Source: Kiritimatiellia bacterium
GTDB taxonomy: Bacteria; Verrucomicrobiota; Kiritimatiellia; RFP12; UBA1067
Reading direction: 5' to 3'
Length of the DNA stretch: 64,000 nucleotides
Assembly: GCA_045656285.1 (NCBI GenBank)
Contig: JAZOQY010000032.1
Coordinates: forward strand, 6,758-70,757
A program made the position numbers and the translations under genes. Of the stretch, positions 18,994-28,489 are shown in pieces (the first letter of the stretch is position 1; every line of letters starts with the position of its first letter). The notes under the pieces were generated by a model. That model saw nothing but the letters and a program-made list of their open reading frames with translations, was not told where the DNA came from and searched no databases.

Positions 18994-21432
18994 ATGAAAA
19001 AATCAATTCTGAAGTATGTTTTCTTCAACCTTCTTGCAGCCGGAACTTTCTCAGCAGGTGCGGCCGATGGAGTTTGGATTTCTGTCCCGGAAGCGCCCGT
19101 TTATGACGGAAGGGTGACTACGGCGACGCGCGCTGCCGACGGCACGAGCTGGTTTGCGCGCTCGTTCACCAACGGCAACGAAATCGTCTCTGCGAAGTGG
19201 ACCGTTTCGGGTCTCGGAGTTTTCGAGGCGTACGTCAACGGCTCTCGCGTCGGCGATGATTTTCTCAAGCCCGGCTACACGCACTATGCGAAGACGAAAT
19301 ACTCCTTCACATACGATGTGACCGATCTTCTCAAGAAGTCCAAGGGCGCGACAAACATTCTCGCGGCGGAGGTTTCGGCGGGATGGTGGCGCGATAAGAT
19401 CGTCACTCGCCACAACAGCAAGGGCTTTACCGGACGCAAGAGCGCGTTTATCGGTACTCTCGAGATCACCTACAAGGACGGCCTCAAGGAAACTATCGGA
19501 ACCGATACGGATTCCTGGCGTTGCGGCATCGCGGGAGCGGTCGTCCAGGCGTCGATCTTCGACGGCGAGACGTATGATGCCCGCGTCAGGAACCCTGTTC
19601 TGGGCGGCGGCCTCAAATCCATCCCCGAATTGAACAAGGAGTTCAAGGGAGAGCTCAAGCCGACTGTAGGCGCCGAGGTTACTCTGCGCCGCGATCTCGC
19701 CATGACGAGAGGCCCGTATTCGCTCAAGAAGGGCGAGACGGTTGTCGTCGACTTCGGTCAGAATTGCGCGGGCGTGCCCGAGTTCGTGTTTCGCGCCAGG
19801 CGCGGCACCGTTCTTACGGCGCTGCCCGGCGAGATGCTGAACGACAGCGACAAGGGCAAGCGCGGATGCGACGGCCCCAAGGGCTCCGTCTACCGCGCCA
19901 ACCTGCGCCAGCCCAATATCGGAATGTTCGTAAAATATACGTTCTCGGGCGAAGGAACCGAGGTCTACATGCCGCGCTTTACGTTTTTCGGCTATCGTTA
20001 CATTTCTCTTACCGCGACAGACGATGTCGAAATCGAGCGCATCACTTCAATACCTGTCACTTCCGTCACCAAAGAAATGGAAATCGGCAAAGTGGAAACC
20101 GGTGTAAAAGACCTCAACCGTTTTATCGCCAACGTCTATTGGGGGCAGCTTTCCAACTATCTAAGCGTACCGACCGATTGCCCTCAGCGCAACGAGCGTC
20201 TCGGTTGGACGGCGGATACGCAGGTGTTCTGCGAAGCGGGCTCATTTAACGCCGATACGCGCAGATTCTTCCACAAGTATTCCCGCGATCTTCGCGACAG
20301 CCGCTGTCGTGAAGGCGGTTATCCTTCTGTCGCTCCTTTCGGACAGTACGGCAACGAAACGTTCAGCCTCGGCTGGGCCGATGCCGGCGTAATCGTCCCC
20401 TGGACCGTCTGGAGGCAGTTCGGCGATATCAAGATTCTTCAGGACAACTGGGATGCGATGTCGAAGTTTGTCCGTCGCCTCGACGCCATTAAATATGATG
20501 TCGACGGGAAGGGCAACTACATTTACGCCGACTGGCTTTCGTATGAGACGTTTGAGACATGCGGCAATTCGTTTGGCAGCTGGAAAAAATGGAGTAAGCA
20601 TCCCGACGCGTTGAATTATCGTCGCTATTTGGCCGCATGCTATTGGCTTTACGATGCGAGACTTATGGTCGAGATGGCCAATGCGCTCGGAAAGACCGAG
20701 GAGGCCGCATGGTTCGCCGCGAGCGCCGATCGCGCCCTCAAGCACATCCGCGAAAAATATCTCGAAGAGGACGGCCAGCTGCTTAAGCCCATGCGCCATC
20801 TGCAGACGGCCAACGTCTTCGCTCTCAAGCACGGCATTACGGAGGGTGCGGCGCGCGAGGGAAGCAAGGAGTTGCTCCTGAAGTCCATCCGTGAGCATGG
20901 CGATTGCTTACAGACCGGCTTTTTGGGTACGAGCTTCATTATGGACGCGCTTACGTCGTGCGGCGCCGTCGATATCGCCTACACGCTTCTTCTTCAGCAC
21001 AAGAATCCGAGTTGGCTTTATTCGGTCGACCAGGGCGCGACGACCGTCTGGGAGCGCTGGAACAGTTACACTAAAAAGGACGGCTTCGGGCCTGTGGGCA
21101 TGAACAGCTTCAATCACTACGCCTACGGAGCGGTTCTAGCCTGGATCTACCGAGAGGCGGCCGGCATTGCGCCCGATTCGTCGGCGCCTGGCTTCAAGAA
21201 GATCATCATGGCTCCAAAGCCCGACCGCAGATTGGGGTACATCAAGGCCGAGTACAATTCTGCGGCCGGACTCATCAAGAGCGCGTGGCGCTATGAGGGC
21301 GATGAATGGATATGGGAGTTTTCCGTTCCTGACGGCGCAGTCGCTATGGTGACGGTTCCCGGCGAAAATGTCGCCAAGGAGCATGCACCCGGCAGCTACA
21401 CGATACGGAAGGAGATTTCTTGCGGGAAGTGA
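18994..21432 (+). CDS. Alpha-L-rhamnosidase (GH78), secreted
   Basis: Signal peptide MKKSILKYVFFNLLAAGTFSAGA and the canonical GH78 motif VPTDCPQRNERLGWTADTQVF. Length is 812 aa. Confidence 0.9.
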   Translation: MKKSILKYVFFNLLAAGTFSAGAADGVWISVPEAPVYDGRVTTATRAADGTSWFARSFTNGNEIVSAKWTVSGLGVFEAYVNGSRVGDDFLKPGYTHYAKTKYSFTYDVTDLLKKSKGATNILAAEVSAGWWRDKIVTRHNSKGFTGRKSAFIGTLEITYKDGLKETIGTDTDSWRCGIAGAVVQASIFDGETYDARVRNPVLGGGLKSIPELNKEFKGELKPTVGAEVTLRRDLAMTRGPYSLKKGETVVVDFGQNCAGVPEFVFRARRGTVLTALPGEMLNDSDKGKRGCDGPKGSVYRANLRQPNIGMFVKYTFSGEGTEVYMPRFTFFGYRYISLTATDDVEIERITSIPVTSVTKEMEIGKVETGVKDLNRFIANVYWGQLSNYLSVPTDCPQRNERLGWTADTQVFCEAGSFNADTRRFFHKYSRDLRDSRCREGGYPSVAPFGQYGNETFSLGWADAGVIVPWTVWRQFGDIKILQDNWDAMSKFVRRLDAIKYDVDGKGNYIYADWLSYETFETCGNSFGSWKKWSKHPDALNYRRYLAACYWLYDARLMVEMANALGKTEEAAWFAASADRALKHIREKYLEEDGQLLKPMRHLQTANVFALKHGITEGAAREGSKELLLKSIREHGDCLQTGFLGTSFIMDALTSCGAVDIAYTLLLQHKNPSWLYSVDQGATTVWERWNSYTKKDGFGPVGMNSFNHYAYGAVLAWIYREAAGIAPDSSAPGFKKIIMAPKPDRRLGYIKAEYNSAAGLIKSAWRYEGDEWIWEFSVPDGAVAMVTVPGENVAKEHAPGSYTIRKEISCGK

Positions 21433-21494
21433 TCCGCTCTCTGTCCTGAACGGCCGGGTTCGCGGCCCTGTCTGAAGGACTGCAGGTTTTTGCC

Positions 21495-23183
21495 ATGACA
21501 TCTCTTGGAATATTCTTTTCCGTGCCTGTGCTGATCGTTGCCGCGGCCGCAGCGGTCCACGCAACGGCTTACGTTCATGGCGAGGCGCGTCGCCACCTGT
21601 TTCGCTTCTGGTGCTTTTTTGCGGCAACGGCAGTCTCGATGGTCGCCGTTGTCTATGCCGGAGGCAAGCTGCCGTTTCTTCTGGCGTGGGAGGCGATGGG
21701 GCTGGCTTCGGCCGGTCTTGTCGCGTTTGAATCGGGCGAGAAGAGTGTGCGCAAGGCGACGTGGATATACCTGCTCGCCTGCCATGCCGGAGCTTGTGCG
21801 CTGATGCTCGCCGGCGTATTTCTTGAGCGGCCTGATGCTATGATTGCGGCGTTTGCGTTTGCGGTTGTCGGTTTCGGGCTTAAAGCCGGATTTCCTCCGT
21901 TCCATGCCTGGCTTCCCGAGGCTCATCCCGCCGCACCCGCCCCGGCCTCCGCGATCATGTCGGGCGCTATGATTCCTTTGGGCTTTTACGGGCTTTTGAA
22001 GTTTTTCCCGATTTCGGAGCTTTCGTCATTCGACGCCCGGGTCTGCGGATGGACGCTTCTCTTGCTTGGTGCGGTCGGGGCTGTCGGCGGCATTCTCTTT
22101 GCGCTGCCGCAATCCAATCTCAAGCGGCTTTTGGCTTTCTCCTCCGTAGAGAACATGGGTGTCGTTTCCATGGGCCTCGGTCTTGGCGCTCTTTTGCATG
22201 CCCATGGCGATTTCAGGTCGCTTGCGCTTCTGTCAGGGGCAGGGGCGCTTGTCCATGTTCTCAACCATGCGTTTCTCAAAGGTTCCCTTTTTCTCGGCGC
22301 GGGTTCGGTCCTTCGCCAGACGGGCACTCTCGATCAGGATCGGCTCGGCGGTCTCATGAAGCGGATGCCTTTTACCGGTTCGCTTTTTGCGGTCAACGCA
22401 TTCGGTCTTGCCGGGCTCCCGCCGCTGAACGGATTCATGGGGGAGTTGGCGATTTACATCTCGGCGTTCTTCGCGATAAAGACCGGAGACCCGGTTCTTG
22501 CTTCGGCAGGGTTTTTCGCCGCTGTTTCGCTGGCGTTCACGGGCGGTCTTGCCGCGACAGCCTATGCAAAGGCGATCGGCGGAGTGTTTCTCGGCGAAAG
22601 CCGCAGCGAAGCGGCGGCAAATGCCGTCGAGACTCCGCGCCGCATGTGGCTCGCGCAGCTCTTTCTGACGCTATTGTCGTTAGCCATGATTCCAGGCAGC
22701 GTCTATCTGATCCATTTTCTGTCCGGCGGATGCAAGACGGAAGTCTTCATCATGGCGGCGGCAGTCGGATTGATTTTTGCCGTGCTGGTGGTTTCGCTGC
22801 TGCTTCTTCGCCGCTTCATCTGTCCGCGCGGCGGGATCCGGCCGCGTCTCCCCGTCTGGGACTGCGGCTACGACGCTCCGACGCCGCGTATGGCCTACAC
22901 CGCGACGGCGTTCACGCAACCGCTCGTCGATCTCTTCCGCCCGATCCTCAAATCGCGCCGCCACGTCAAGCATTTTGAGGGCGACCCGGCCGCGCCGTCC
23001 GATGCGGCGATAGCGACCGAGACATGCGACTTCGCGCTCGGCGGACTTTGGCGCCCCGTCTTCTCCGCCGTGGCCCGTCTTTTCCAGCGTGCGCATCTTT
23101 TGCAGAACGGCTCGTTGCATCTTTACATCCTGATAATCCTTATGGCGGTCTTGGCGCTGCTCGTCGCCGCATTGGTCTCATGA
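21495..23183 (+). CDS. HyfB/NuoL-like proton-conducting membrane subunit
   Basis: A polytopic 562-aa protein with FGLKAGFPPFHAWLPEAHPAAPAPASAIMSG, the signature of the Mrp/NuoL/HyfB antiporter-like family. Confidence 0.8.
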   Translation: MTSLGIFFSVPVLIVAAAAAVHATAYVHGEARRHLFRFWCFFAATAVSMVAVVYAGGKLPFLLAWEAMGLASAGLVAFESGEKSVRKATWIYLLACHAGACALMLAGVFLERPDAMIAAFAFAVVGFGLKAGFPPFHAWLPEAHPAAPAPASAIMSGAMIPLGFYGLLKFFPISELSSFDARVCGWTLLLLGAVGAVGGILFALPQSNLKRLLAFSSVENMGVVSMGLGLGALLHAHGDFRSLALLSGAGALVHVLNHAFLKGSLFLGAGSVLRQTGTLDQDRLGGLMKRMPFTGSLFAVNAFGLAGLPPLNGFMGELAIYISAFFAIKTGDPVLASAGFFAAVSLAFTGGLAATAYAKAIGGVFLGESRSEAAANAVETPRRMWLAQLFLTLLSLAMIPGSVYLIHFLSGGCKTEVFIMAAAVGLIFAVLVVSLLLLRRFICPRGGIRPRLPVWDCGYDAPTPRMAYTATAFTQPLVDLFRPILKSRRHVKHFEGDPAAPSDAAIATETCDFALGGLWRPVFSAVARLFQRAHLLQNGSLHLYILIILMAVLALLVAALVS

Positions 23184-24079
23184 ATATTCTAAGTGTCATT
23201 CTTGCGGCTGTCCTTGCTCCGCTTTTCGTCGGCATCGTCAATCAGACGAAGGCCTTCTTCGGCGGCCGTCGCGGTCCTGGTCTTCTGCGTCTTTACAGGG
23301 ATCTATTCAAGCTTGTGCGGAAGTCTTGCCCCCGACCCGCGCCTTCCTCCTGGATATTCGACATCGCCCAAAGCGTTTCGCTCGCATCTGTCGTCGTGGC
23401 GGCTGCCGTTTTCCCGTGGTCGGGCTGCGGAATCGGATCGGCGGCGGTTCCGGCGGTTCTCTTTTTCTACATTCTTGCCGCAGGGAGGTTCTTTACCGTC
23501 GTCGGAGCTCTGGATGCGGGCAACGCTTTCGAGGGGATGGGCGCTTCTCGCGAGATGCAGTTCTCTGCGCTTGTCGAGCCTGTCGTGTTTGTCGTCCTGG
23601 GATTTCTCGTCATGCTCAACGGCGACGCCTCTCTCTCGAGCGTGCTTTCCGGCGTTTCGGCCGAGACGTGGCGCGAGAGCATTGTCGCGCTCGTTCTGGT
23701 GTTCGCCGCCTTCTACGCGGTGTTTCTCCTTGAGAATTGCCGTGTGCCGTTCGACGATCCCGAAACGCATCTTGAGCTTACGATGATTCATGAAGCGATG
23801 CTTCTTGACGTGGGCGGCGTCGATCTAGCCTTTGCGCTTTACGGCGCGGCGCTCAAGTTTGAGCTTCTCGCGGCGTTTCTCGTCACTATGTTCGTGCCGG
23901 TCCTGGAGAACCCCTATATCCATCTGGCGGTTGTCTTTGGCGGCGTCGCGCTCATGTCGCTGGCGACGGGAGTCGTCGAATCCATCATGGCTCGAATGAG
24001 GTTTTTCAAAACGCCCCAGATTCTTCTCGGGGCGCTGCTGATGGCTTCGCTTGCCGTTTTCTTCTTGGCGTGTTTCTGA
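23180..24079 (+). CDS. HycD/HyfC/NuoH-like membrane subunit
   Basis: MNILSVILAAVLAPLFVGIVNQTKAFFGGRRGPGLLRLYRDLFKLVRK matches the HycD/NuoH N-terminus. ATG 23180 overlaps the upstream stop (ATGA). The ORF-track start at 23024 lies inside hyfB. Confidence 0.8.
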   Translation: MNILSVILAAVLAPLFVGIVNQTKAFFGGRRGPGLLRLYRDLFKLVRKSCPRPAPSSWIFDIAQSVSLASVVVAAAVFPWSGCGIGSAAVPAVLFFYILAAGRFFTVVGALDAGNAFEGMGASREMQFSALVEPVVFVVLGFLVMLNGDASLSSVLSGVSAETWRESIVALVLVFAAFYAVFLLENCRVPFDDPETHLELTMIHEAMLLDVGGVDLAFALYGAALKFELLAAFLVTMFVPVLENPYIHLAVVFGGVALMSLATGVVESIMARMRFFKTPQILLGALLMASLAVFFLACF

Positions 24080-24101
24080 AGGACGAAGGGGGAGAAGAAA
24101 A

Positions 24102-24803
24102 ATGACAACGCTTTCCGAAATCGCTCTTGCGCTTTTTCTCACATCGAATCTCGTGCTTGCGGGCGCGAGCCGTCTGCGTTCGGCTGTCCGCTTCGTCGCG
24201 ATGCAAGGCGTGATTCTGGGCGCTCTTCCCGTGCTCATGTGGGACTGGCCGGTTGACGGCTGCCCCGGCGCCCGCATCTGGGCCGTCGCCGCCGTCAACA
24301 CGCTCGTCAAGGGCGTTCTGCTGCCGGCGCTTTTGCTTTACGCTGTCCGCAAGGCCCGCACCCGCCGCGAAGTCGAGCCGATAGTTCCGTTCCATCTCTC
24401 CCAGATCATCGTCTTTTTAATGGCCGTCGGCGCTTTTGTAGTCGGGCGGCTTCTCCGGGTTCACGTTTCGGGCGCGTCGGAGCTCGCCGTTCCGGTTGCG
24501 CTCACGACGATGGGAACGGGGCTTCTTCTTATCTGCGGCCGGAAGAAGGCGATCACCCAGGTGCTGGGCTTCCTCGTTCTCGAAAACGGCATTTCTGTCT
24601 TCGGCGCGGCGATCCTTCTAGAGTACGGCGTTGTCGTGGAGCTCGGAATCCTGCTCGATGTCTTTGCGCTCGTCTTCATCCTCGGGATTGCCGTGTTCCA
24701 GATAAGCCGGACGTTCTCCTCGACGGACACCGACAGATTGAATCATCTCGGCGACACTCATCTGATGCATCCTCATCATCACCACGATCACGTTCACGCT
24801 TGA
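24102..24803 (+). CDS. HyfE-like small membrane subunit (NuoK-related) with a His-rich C-terminal tail
   Basis: RBS gaagggggag lies before ATG 24102. The 233-aa protein has multiple TM helices and contains VLENGISVFG. The tail reads HLMHPHHHHDHVHA. Confidence 0.7.
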   Translation: MTTLSEIALALFLTSNLVLAGASRLRSAVRFVAMQGVILGALPVLMWDWPVDGCPGARIWAVAAVNTLVKGVLLPALLLYAVRKARTRREVEPIVPFHLSQIIVFLMAVGAFVVGRLLRVHVSGASELAVPVALTTMGTGLLLICGRKKAITQVLGFLVLENGISVFGAAILLEYGVVVELGILLDVFALVFILGIAVFQISRTFSSTDTDRLNHLGDTHLMHPHHHHDHVHA

Positions 24804-24804
24804 T

Positions 24805-25992
24805 ATGGAACACATTCTCAGGAATCTACTTCTTGTTCTGACGCCGGTTCTCTTTGCGGCGAATCTGGTGCAGAGCTTTTTCTATCTGCCGCAGTCGGCG
24901 CGGCACGGCGGCTCTCCGCACATGCCGGCAGCGCTTTACTATACATTCTTCGTGCTCTTTTTCGGTGCGATGATTTTCGCGTTGACGGCGGAGTCGTTGC
25001 CTATGATGTGGGTCGCGATCGAATTGACGACGCTCGTTTCGGCGCCGCTGATCGCCTATCACCGCAACCAGGACGGGCTTGAGGCGATGTGGAAATATCT
25101 TCTCATCTGTTCCATCGGCATCGCTTTCGCGCTCTTTGGCACGATGCTCGTGCTTCATTCCCGGGAGACCGGAAATCCGCGCTGGTTCATGGCCGGTTTT
25201 GCGTTTGTCCTGGCGGGCTACGGAACCAAGACGGGGCTTGCCCCGTTTCATTCGTGGCTGCCCGACGCCCACTCAGAGGCGCCGGCTCCTGTCTCCGCGC
25301 TTCTTTCGGGCGCGCTTCTGAACTGTTCGTTCTTCGCGATTGTGCGATTCCGTGAAATCGCGCCTGTCGAGGCCGTGCGTTTCTGCGACGGTTCGATGCT
25401 CGCTTTAGGTCTTCTTTCGGTTGCGGTGGGCGCTGTATTCATGGTTCGCCAAAACGACTTCAAGCGGCTTTTGGCGTATTCTTCGGTCGAGCATGTCGGT
25501 CTCATAACGATTCTCTATTCGCTTTGTGCCGGCTCATCCGACATGAAGAGCATGGTCGTCCTCGCGCTTTTGGCCCATATTGCAGTCCATTCGCTCACCA
25601 AAACGCTTCTTTTCCAGACCGCAGGAAACATTCTGCTGGCGTTCCGCACTCGTGCAGTGCCGGTGGTGCAGGGCCTCGCCGTTTCGATGAAGGGCCATGC
25701 CTTGCTCTGGCTGCTCGGCATCGTTTTCATCTGCGCAATGCCGCCGTCGGTATTGTTCTTTACGGAGTTGGCGCTCGTCTTCTCGGCGCCTGTCTGGGTG
25801 TCGATAACGGTGCTCCTGCTTCTTTTCGTCGTTTTCGCCGCGATGATGAAAATCGCGCTTTCGATGGTGATGGGCAAGCCTCTGGTCAAGTGCGAGAAGC
25901 TGCCCGCGAGACTTGTCGCCGTGCCGTGCACGCTTCTTGCGGCGCTGATTCTGCTCGGGGTCGCGTGCGCATGCATCGCGCTCGCGCGTTAA
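24805..25992 (+). CDS. HyfF/NuoN-like antiporter-type membrane subunit (short, 395 aa)
   Basis: GYGTKTGLAPFHSWLPDAHSEAPAPVSALLSG matches the antiporter-like subunit signature. It starts 1 nt after the hyfE-like stop. Confidence 0.75.
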   Translation: MEHILRNLLLVLTPVLFAANLVQSFFYLPQSARHGGSPHMPAALYYTFFVLFFGAMIFALTAESLPMMWVAIELTTLVSAPLIAYHRNQDGLEAMWKYLLICSIGIAFALFGTMLVLHSRETGNPRWFMAGFAFVLAGYGTKTGLAPFHSWLPDAHSEAPAPVSALLSGALLNCSFFAIVRFREIAPVEAVRFCDGSMLALGLLSVAVGAVFMVRQNDFKRLLAYSSVEHVGLITILYSLCAGSSDMKSMVVLALLAHIAVHSLTKTLLFQTAGNILLAFRTRAVPVVQGLAVSMKGHALLWLLGIVFICAMPPSVLFFTELALVFSAPVWVSITVLLLLFVVFAAMMKIALSMVMGKPLVKCEKLPARLVAVPCTLLAALILLGVACACIALAR

Positions 25993-25993
25993 G

Positions 25994-26917
25994 CTATTCA
26001 AAAAGCCAAGTGGAGAGATAGCGCTCTCCCGTGTCAGGCAGAAGCGCGACGATGGTCCTGCCGGCGAATTCTTCGCGTTTGCCAAGTTCAATGGCCGCCC
26101 AAAGCGCCGCGCCGGACGAGATGCCGACGAAGAGTCCTTCTTTCGCTGCTGCGGCGCGCGCCAGAGCTCCGGCGTCTTCCGCAGAGACGGCGATCGTTTC
26201 GTCGAGAATCGAGGTGTCGAGGACTTTGGGTATGAACCCCGCGCCGATTCCCTGAAGCTTGTGAGGACCCGGCTTCCCGCCCGAAAGAACCGCCGATGTG
26301 TCGGGTTCGACGGCGACGATCTTGATTGAAGGATTCTGTTCCTTGAGAAACCTCCCCGTGCCCGTGATGGTTCCGCCCGTTCCGACGCCTGCGACAAACG
26401 CCGAAACCTCCCCGCCCGTCGCAGCCCATATTTCGGGGCCGGTGGTGCGGTAGTGGTGTCCGGGATTTGCGGGATTCTCGAACTGCTGGAGGATGACGGC
26501 TCCGGGTGTGGCTTTGCGCAGCTCTTCGGCCTTGTCGATCGCTCCTTGCATCCCGCTCTCGCCTGGCGTAAGGACGATCTCGGCTCCGTATGCGGCGGCG
26601 AGCTTGCGCCGCTCCACGCTCATCGTTTCGGGCATTGTCAGGATGAGGCGATATCCTCTTACTGCAGACACGAGCGCCAGCCCGACGCCGGTGTTCCCGC
26701 TTGTAGGCTCGATGATGGTCGCGCCGGGCTTAAGCGCGCCCGACTTCTCCGCCGCGTCGATCATTGCGAGCGCGATACGGTCCTTTACGCTGCCGCCGGG
26801 ATTGAAATATTCAACCTTGGCGAGCACGCGTGCTCCGCCCTTGTTGAGTCTGTCCGATATTTCGATTAACGGCGAGCGGCCGATTTTTTCGAGGATGTTC
26901 TTTGCGATATCGCTCAT
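25994..26917 (-). CDS. cysK: Cysteine synthase A (O-acetylserine sulfhydrylase)
   Basis: PLP-enzyme motifs (NPGGSVKDR, TSGNTG, GVGTGGTITG). I prefer the start at Met27 of the ORF (MSDIAKNILEKIG) because an extended -10 lies inside the longer N-terminal extension. Confidence 0.9.
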   Translation of the reverse strand: MSDIAKNILEKIGRSPLIEISDRLNKGGARVLAKVEYFNPGGSVKDRIALAMIDAAEKSGALKPGATIIEPTSGNTGVGLALVSAVRGYRLILTMPETMSVERRKLAAAYGAEIVLTPGESGMQGAIDKAEELRKATPGAVILQQFENPANPGHHYRTTGPEIWAATGGEVSAFVAGVGTGGTITGTGRFLKEQNPSIKIVAVEPDTSAVLSGGKPGPHKLQGIGAGFIPKVLDTSILDETIAVSAEDAGALARAAAAKEGLFVGISSGAALWAAIELGKREEFAGRTIVALLPDTGERYLSTWLFE

Positions 26918-26948
26918 GGCGCGGGATTTTCTTCTTTTGGATGTGTAA

Positions 26949-26957
26949 ATTATATCA
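26949..26957 (-). promoter_or_regulatory. Extended -10 element of cysK (minus strand, TGaTATAAT)
   Basis: The reverse complement reads tttttgatataat, 31 nt upstream of the ATG at 26917. Confidence 0.4.
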
Positions 26958-27013
26958 AAAAGTGGCCTGTTGCAGCCGCTGACATTTTTTTGCAAATAAA
27001 AATCGTGCGCCTA

Positions 27014-27043
27014 TTGACGAGCGGGCGGGATATTTGGTATCAT
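27014..27043 (+). promoter_or_regulatory. Promoter of tRNA(CAT) and possibly the helicase gene
   Basis: TTGACG (27014-27019), 18-nt spacer ending in TGg, then TATCAT (27038-27043). Confidence 0.5.
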
Positions 27044-27075
27044 ATGCGCTCGTTGTGTTTAAGCAATAAATCTTT

Positions 27076-27151
27076 GGCGAGATAGCTCAGTTGGTAGAGC
27101 GCAGGACTCATAAGCCTAAGGTCAAGGGTTCGATCCCCTTTCTCGCCACCA
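27076..27151 (+). tRNA. tRNA with anticodon CAT (elongator Met or Ile2; not an initiator, since 1-72 is G-C)
   Basis: Acceptor ggcgaga/tctcgcc, D-arm gctc/gagc, loop ctCATaa, T-arm aaggg/ccctt, and an encoded CCA. The anticodon stem cagga/gccta has only 3 Watson-Crick pairs in my fold. Confidence 0.8.
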
Positions 27152-27178
27152 TTTTTCATCAACTTACGGGTCAAGACG

Positions 27179-28483
27179 ATGTTCGAAGGCAATATTTTCG
27201 GCAAGCTCGATCAGAAACTCCAACACGCTATTGCGGACGCAGGCTACAAAACCCCCACCCCGATTCAAGAAGAGGCGATCCCGGTTCTGCTCAAAGGCCG
27301 CGATCTCATAGGCTGCGCCCAGACAGGCACGGGCAAGACGGCCGCGTTCATGCTTCCGATCCTGAACCATCTCGTCAAGGTCCGCAAGCCCCGCCGCACC
27401 GGCCATCCCAGGGCGCTCGTCTTGTCGCCTACGCGCGAGCTCGCGGCGCAGACGGCGGAGAACGTCAAAAAGTATTCCAAGCATGCGGGGTTGCCGTTTG
27501 CGTGCGTCTTCGGCGGCGTATCGCAATACGGCCAGGTCAAGGAGATAAAGAAGGGCGCCGAGACCTTGATCGCGTGCCCCGGGCGCCTTATCGATTTGAT
27601 GACCCAGGGGATAATCTTCCTCGATCAGGTCGAGTGCTTCGTTCTCGACGAGGCCGACAGGATGCTCGATATGGGCTTTTTGCCCGACATCAGGCGGATC
27701 ATATCCAAGCTCCCCAAGGCGCGTCAATCGCTTTTCTTCTCGGCTACGATGTCTCCCCAGATCCGCAAGCTCGCCGCAGAGCTTGTCACCGACCCTGTAG
27801 AGATAACGATCGCGCCCGAGGCCCCCACGGTCGAGAAGATCAATCAGCGTGTCATGATGGTCGAGAAGAACGACAAGGATTCGCTTTTGATCCATCTTCT
27901 CGAGAATCATCCCGAATGGACCAAGGTCATCGTTTTCGCGAAAATGCGCCACGGCGCCGACAGGGTCAACAAGAAGCTCTTCCGCGCCAAGATTCCGTCG
28001 GCCGCGATCCATTCAGACAAGACCCAGAATCAGCGTACGCGCGCGCTTGAAGGTTTCCGCCGGGGCGATGTGAGGGTTCTTGTCGCGACGGACATCGCGA
28101 GCCGAGGCATCGACGTTCCCGACGTTTCGTGCGTGATCAACATGGAGCTTCCGCTTGAAACCGAGAGCTATGTCCACCGTATCGGGCGCACGGCGCGAGC
28201 GGGCGAGTCCGGCGCGGCGATCAGCTTTGTGACCTCCTCGGAGCGCAACCAGCTTAAGGCCGTCGAGAGGTTCATAAAAAAGACGATCCCCGTCGACAGG
28301 GATCATCCGTTTCACAGCGTTGCGGCCGACAGGAAGAACGGCAAGGAGGGCGAGGGCCTCGATCCCGCACCGTGGGTCCATCCCGCCAACCGCAACCGCT
28401 CGAACAAAAAGCGCAACGGCCGCAAGTCGTTTCTCGGACGCCGTCAGCCTGATTTCGGCCAGAACGGGTCGATCCACGGTTGA
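27179..28483 (+). CDS. rhlE: DEAD-box ATP-dependent RNA helicase (RhlE-like)
   Basis: Q-motif region, AQTGTGKTAAF, DEAD, SAT and HRIGRTARAG, plus a basic C-terminal tail. Confidence 0.85.
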   Translation: MFEGNIFGKLDQKLQHAIADAGYKTPTPIQEEAIPVLLKGRDLIGCAQTGTGKTAAFMLPILNHLVKVRKPRRTGHPRALVLSPTRELAAQTAENVKKYSKHAGLPFACVFGGVSQYGQVKEIKKGAETLIACPGRLIDLMTQGIIFLDQVECFVLDEADRMLDMGFLPDIRRIISKLPKARQSLFFSATMSPQIRKLAAELVTDPVEITIAPEAPTVEKINQRVMMVEKNDKDSLLIHLLENHPEWTKVIVFAKMRHGADRVNKKLFRAKIPSAAIHSDKTQNQRTRALEGFRRGDVRVLVATDIASRGIDVPDVSCVINMELPLETESYVHRIGRTARAGESGAAISFVTSSERNQLKAVERFIKKTIPVDRDHPFHSVAADRKNGKEGEGLDPAPWVHPANRNRSNKKRNGRKSFLGRRQPDFGQNGSIHG

Positions 28484-28489
28484 CGTGTT

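Noticed and set aside
27091-28050. A 319-aa plus-strand ORF starting inside the tRNA(CAT) gene
   Set aside because: It overlaps a well-folded tRNA and runs out of frame through the DEAD-box helicase gene. It is Arg/Pro-rich with no motifs.
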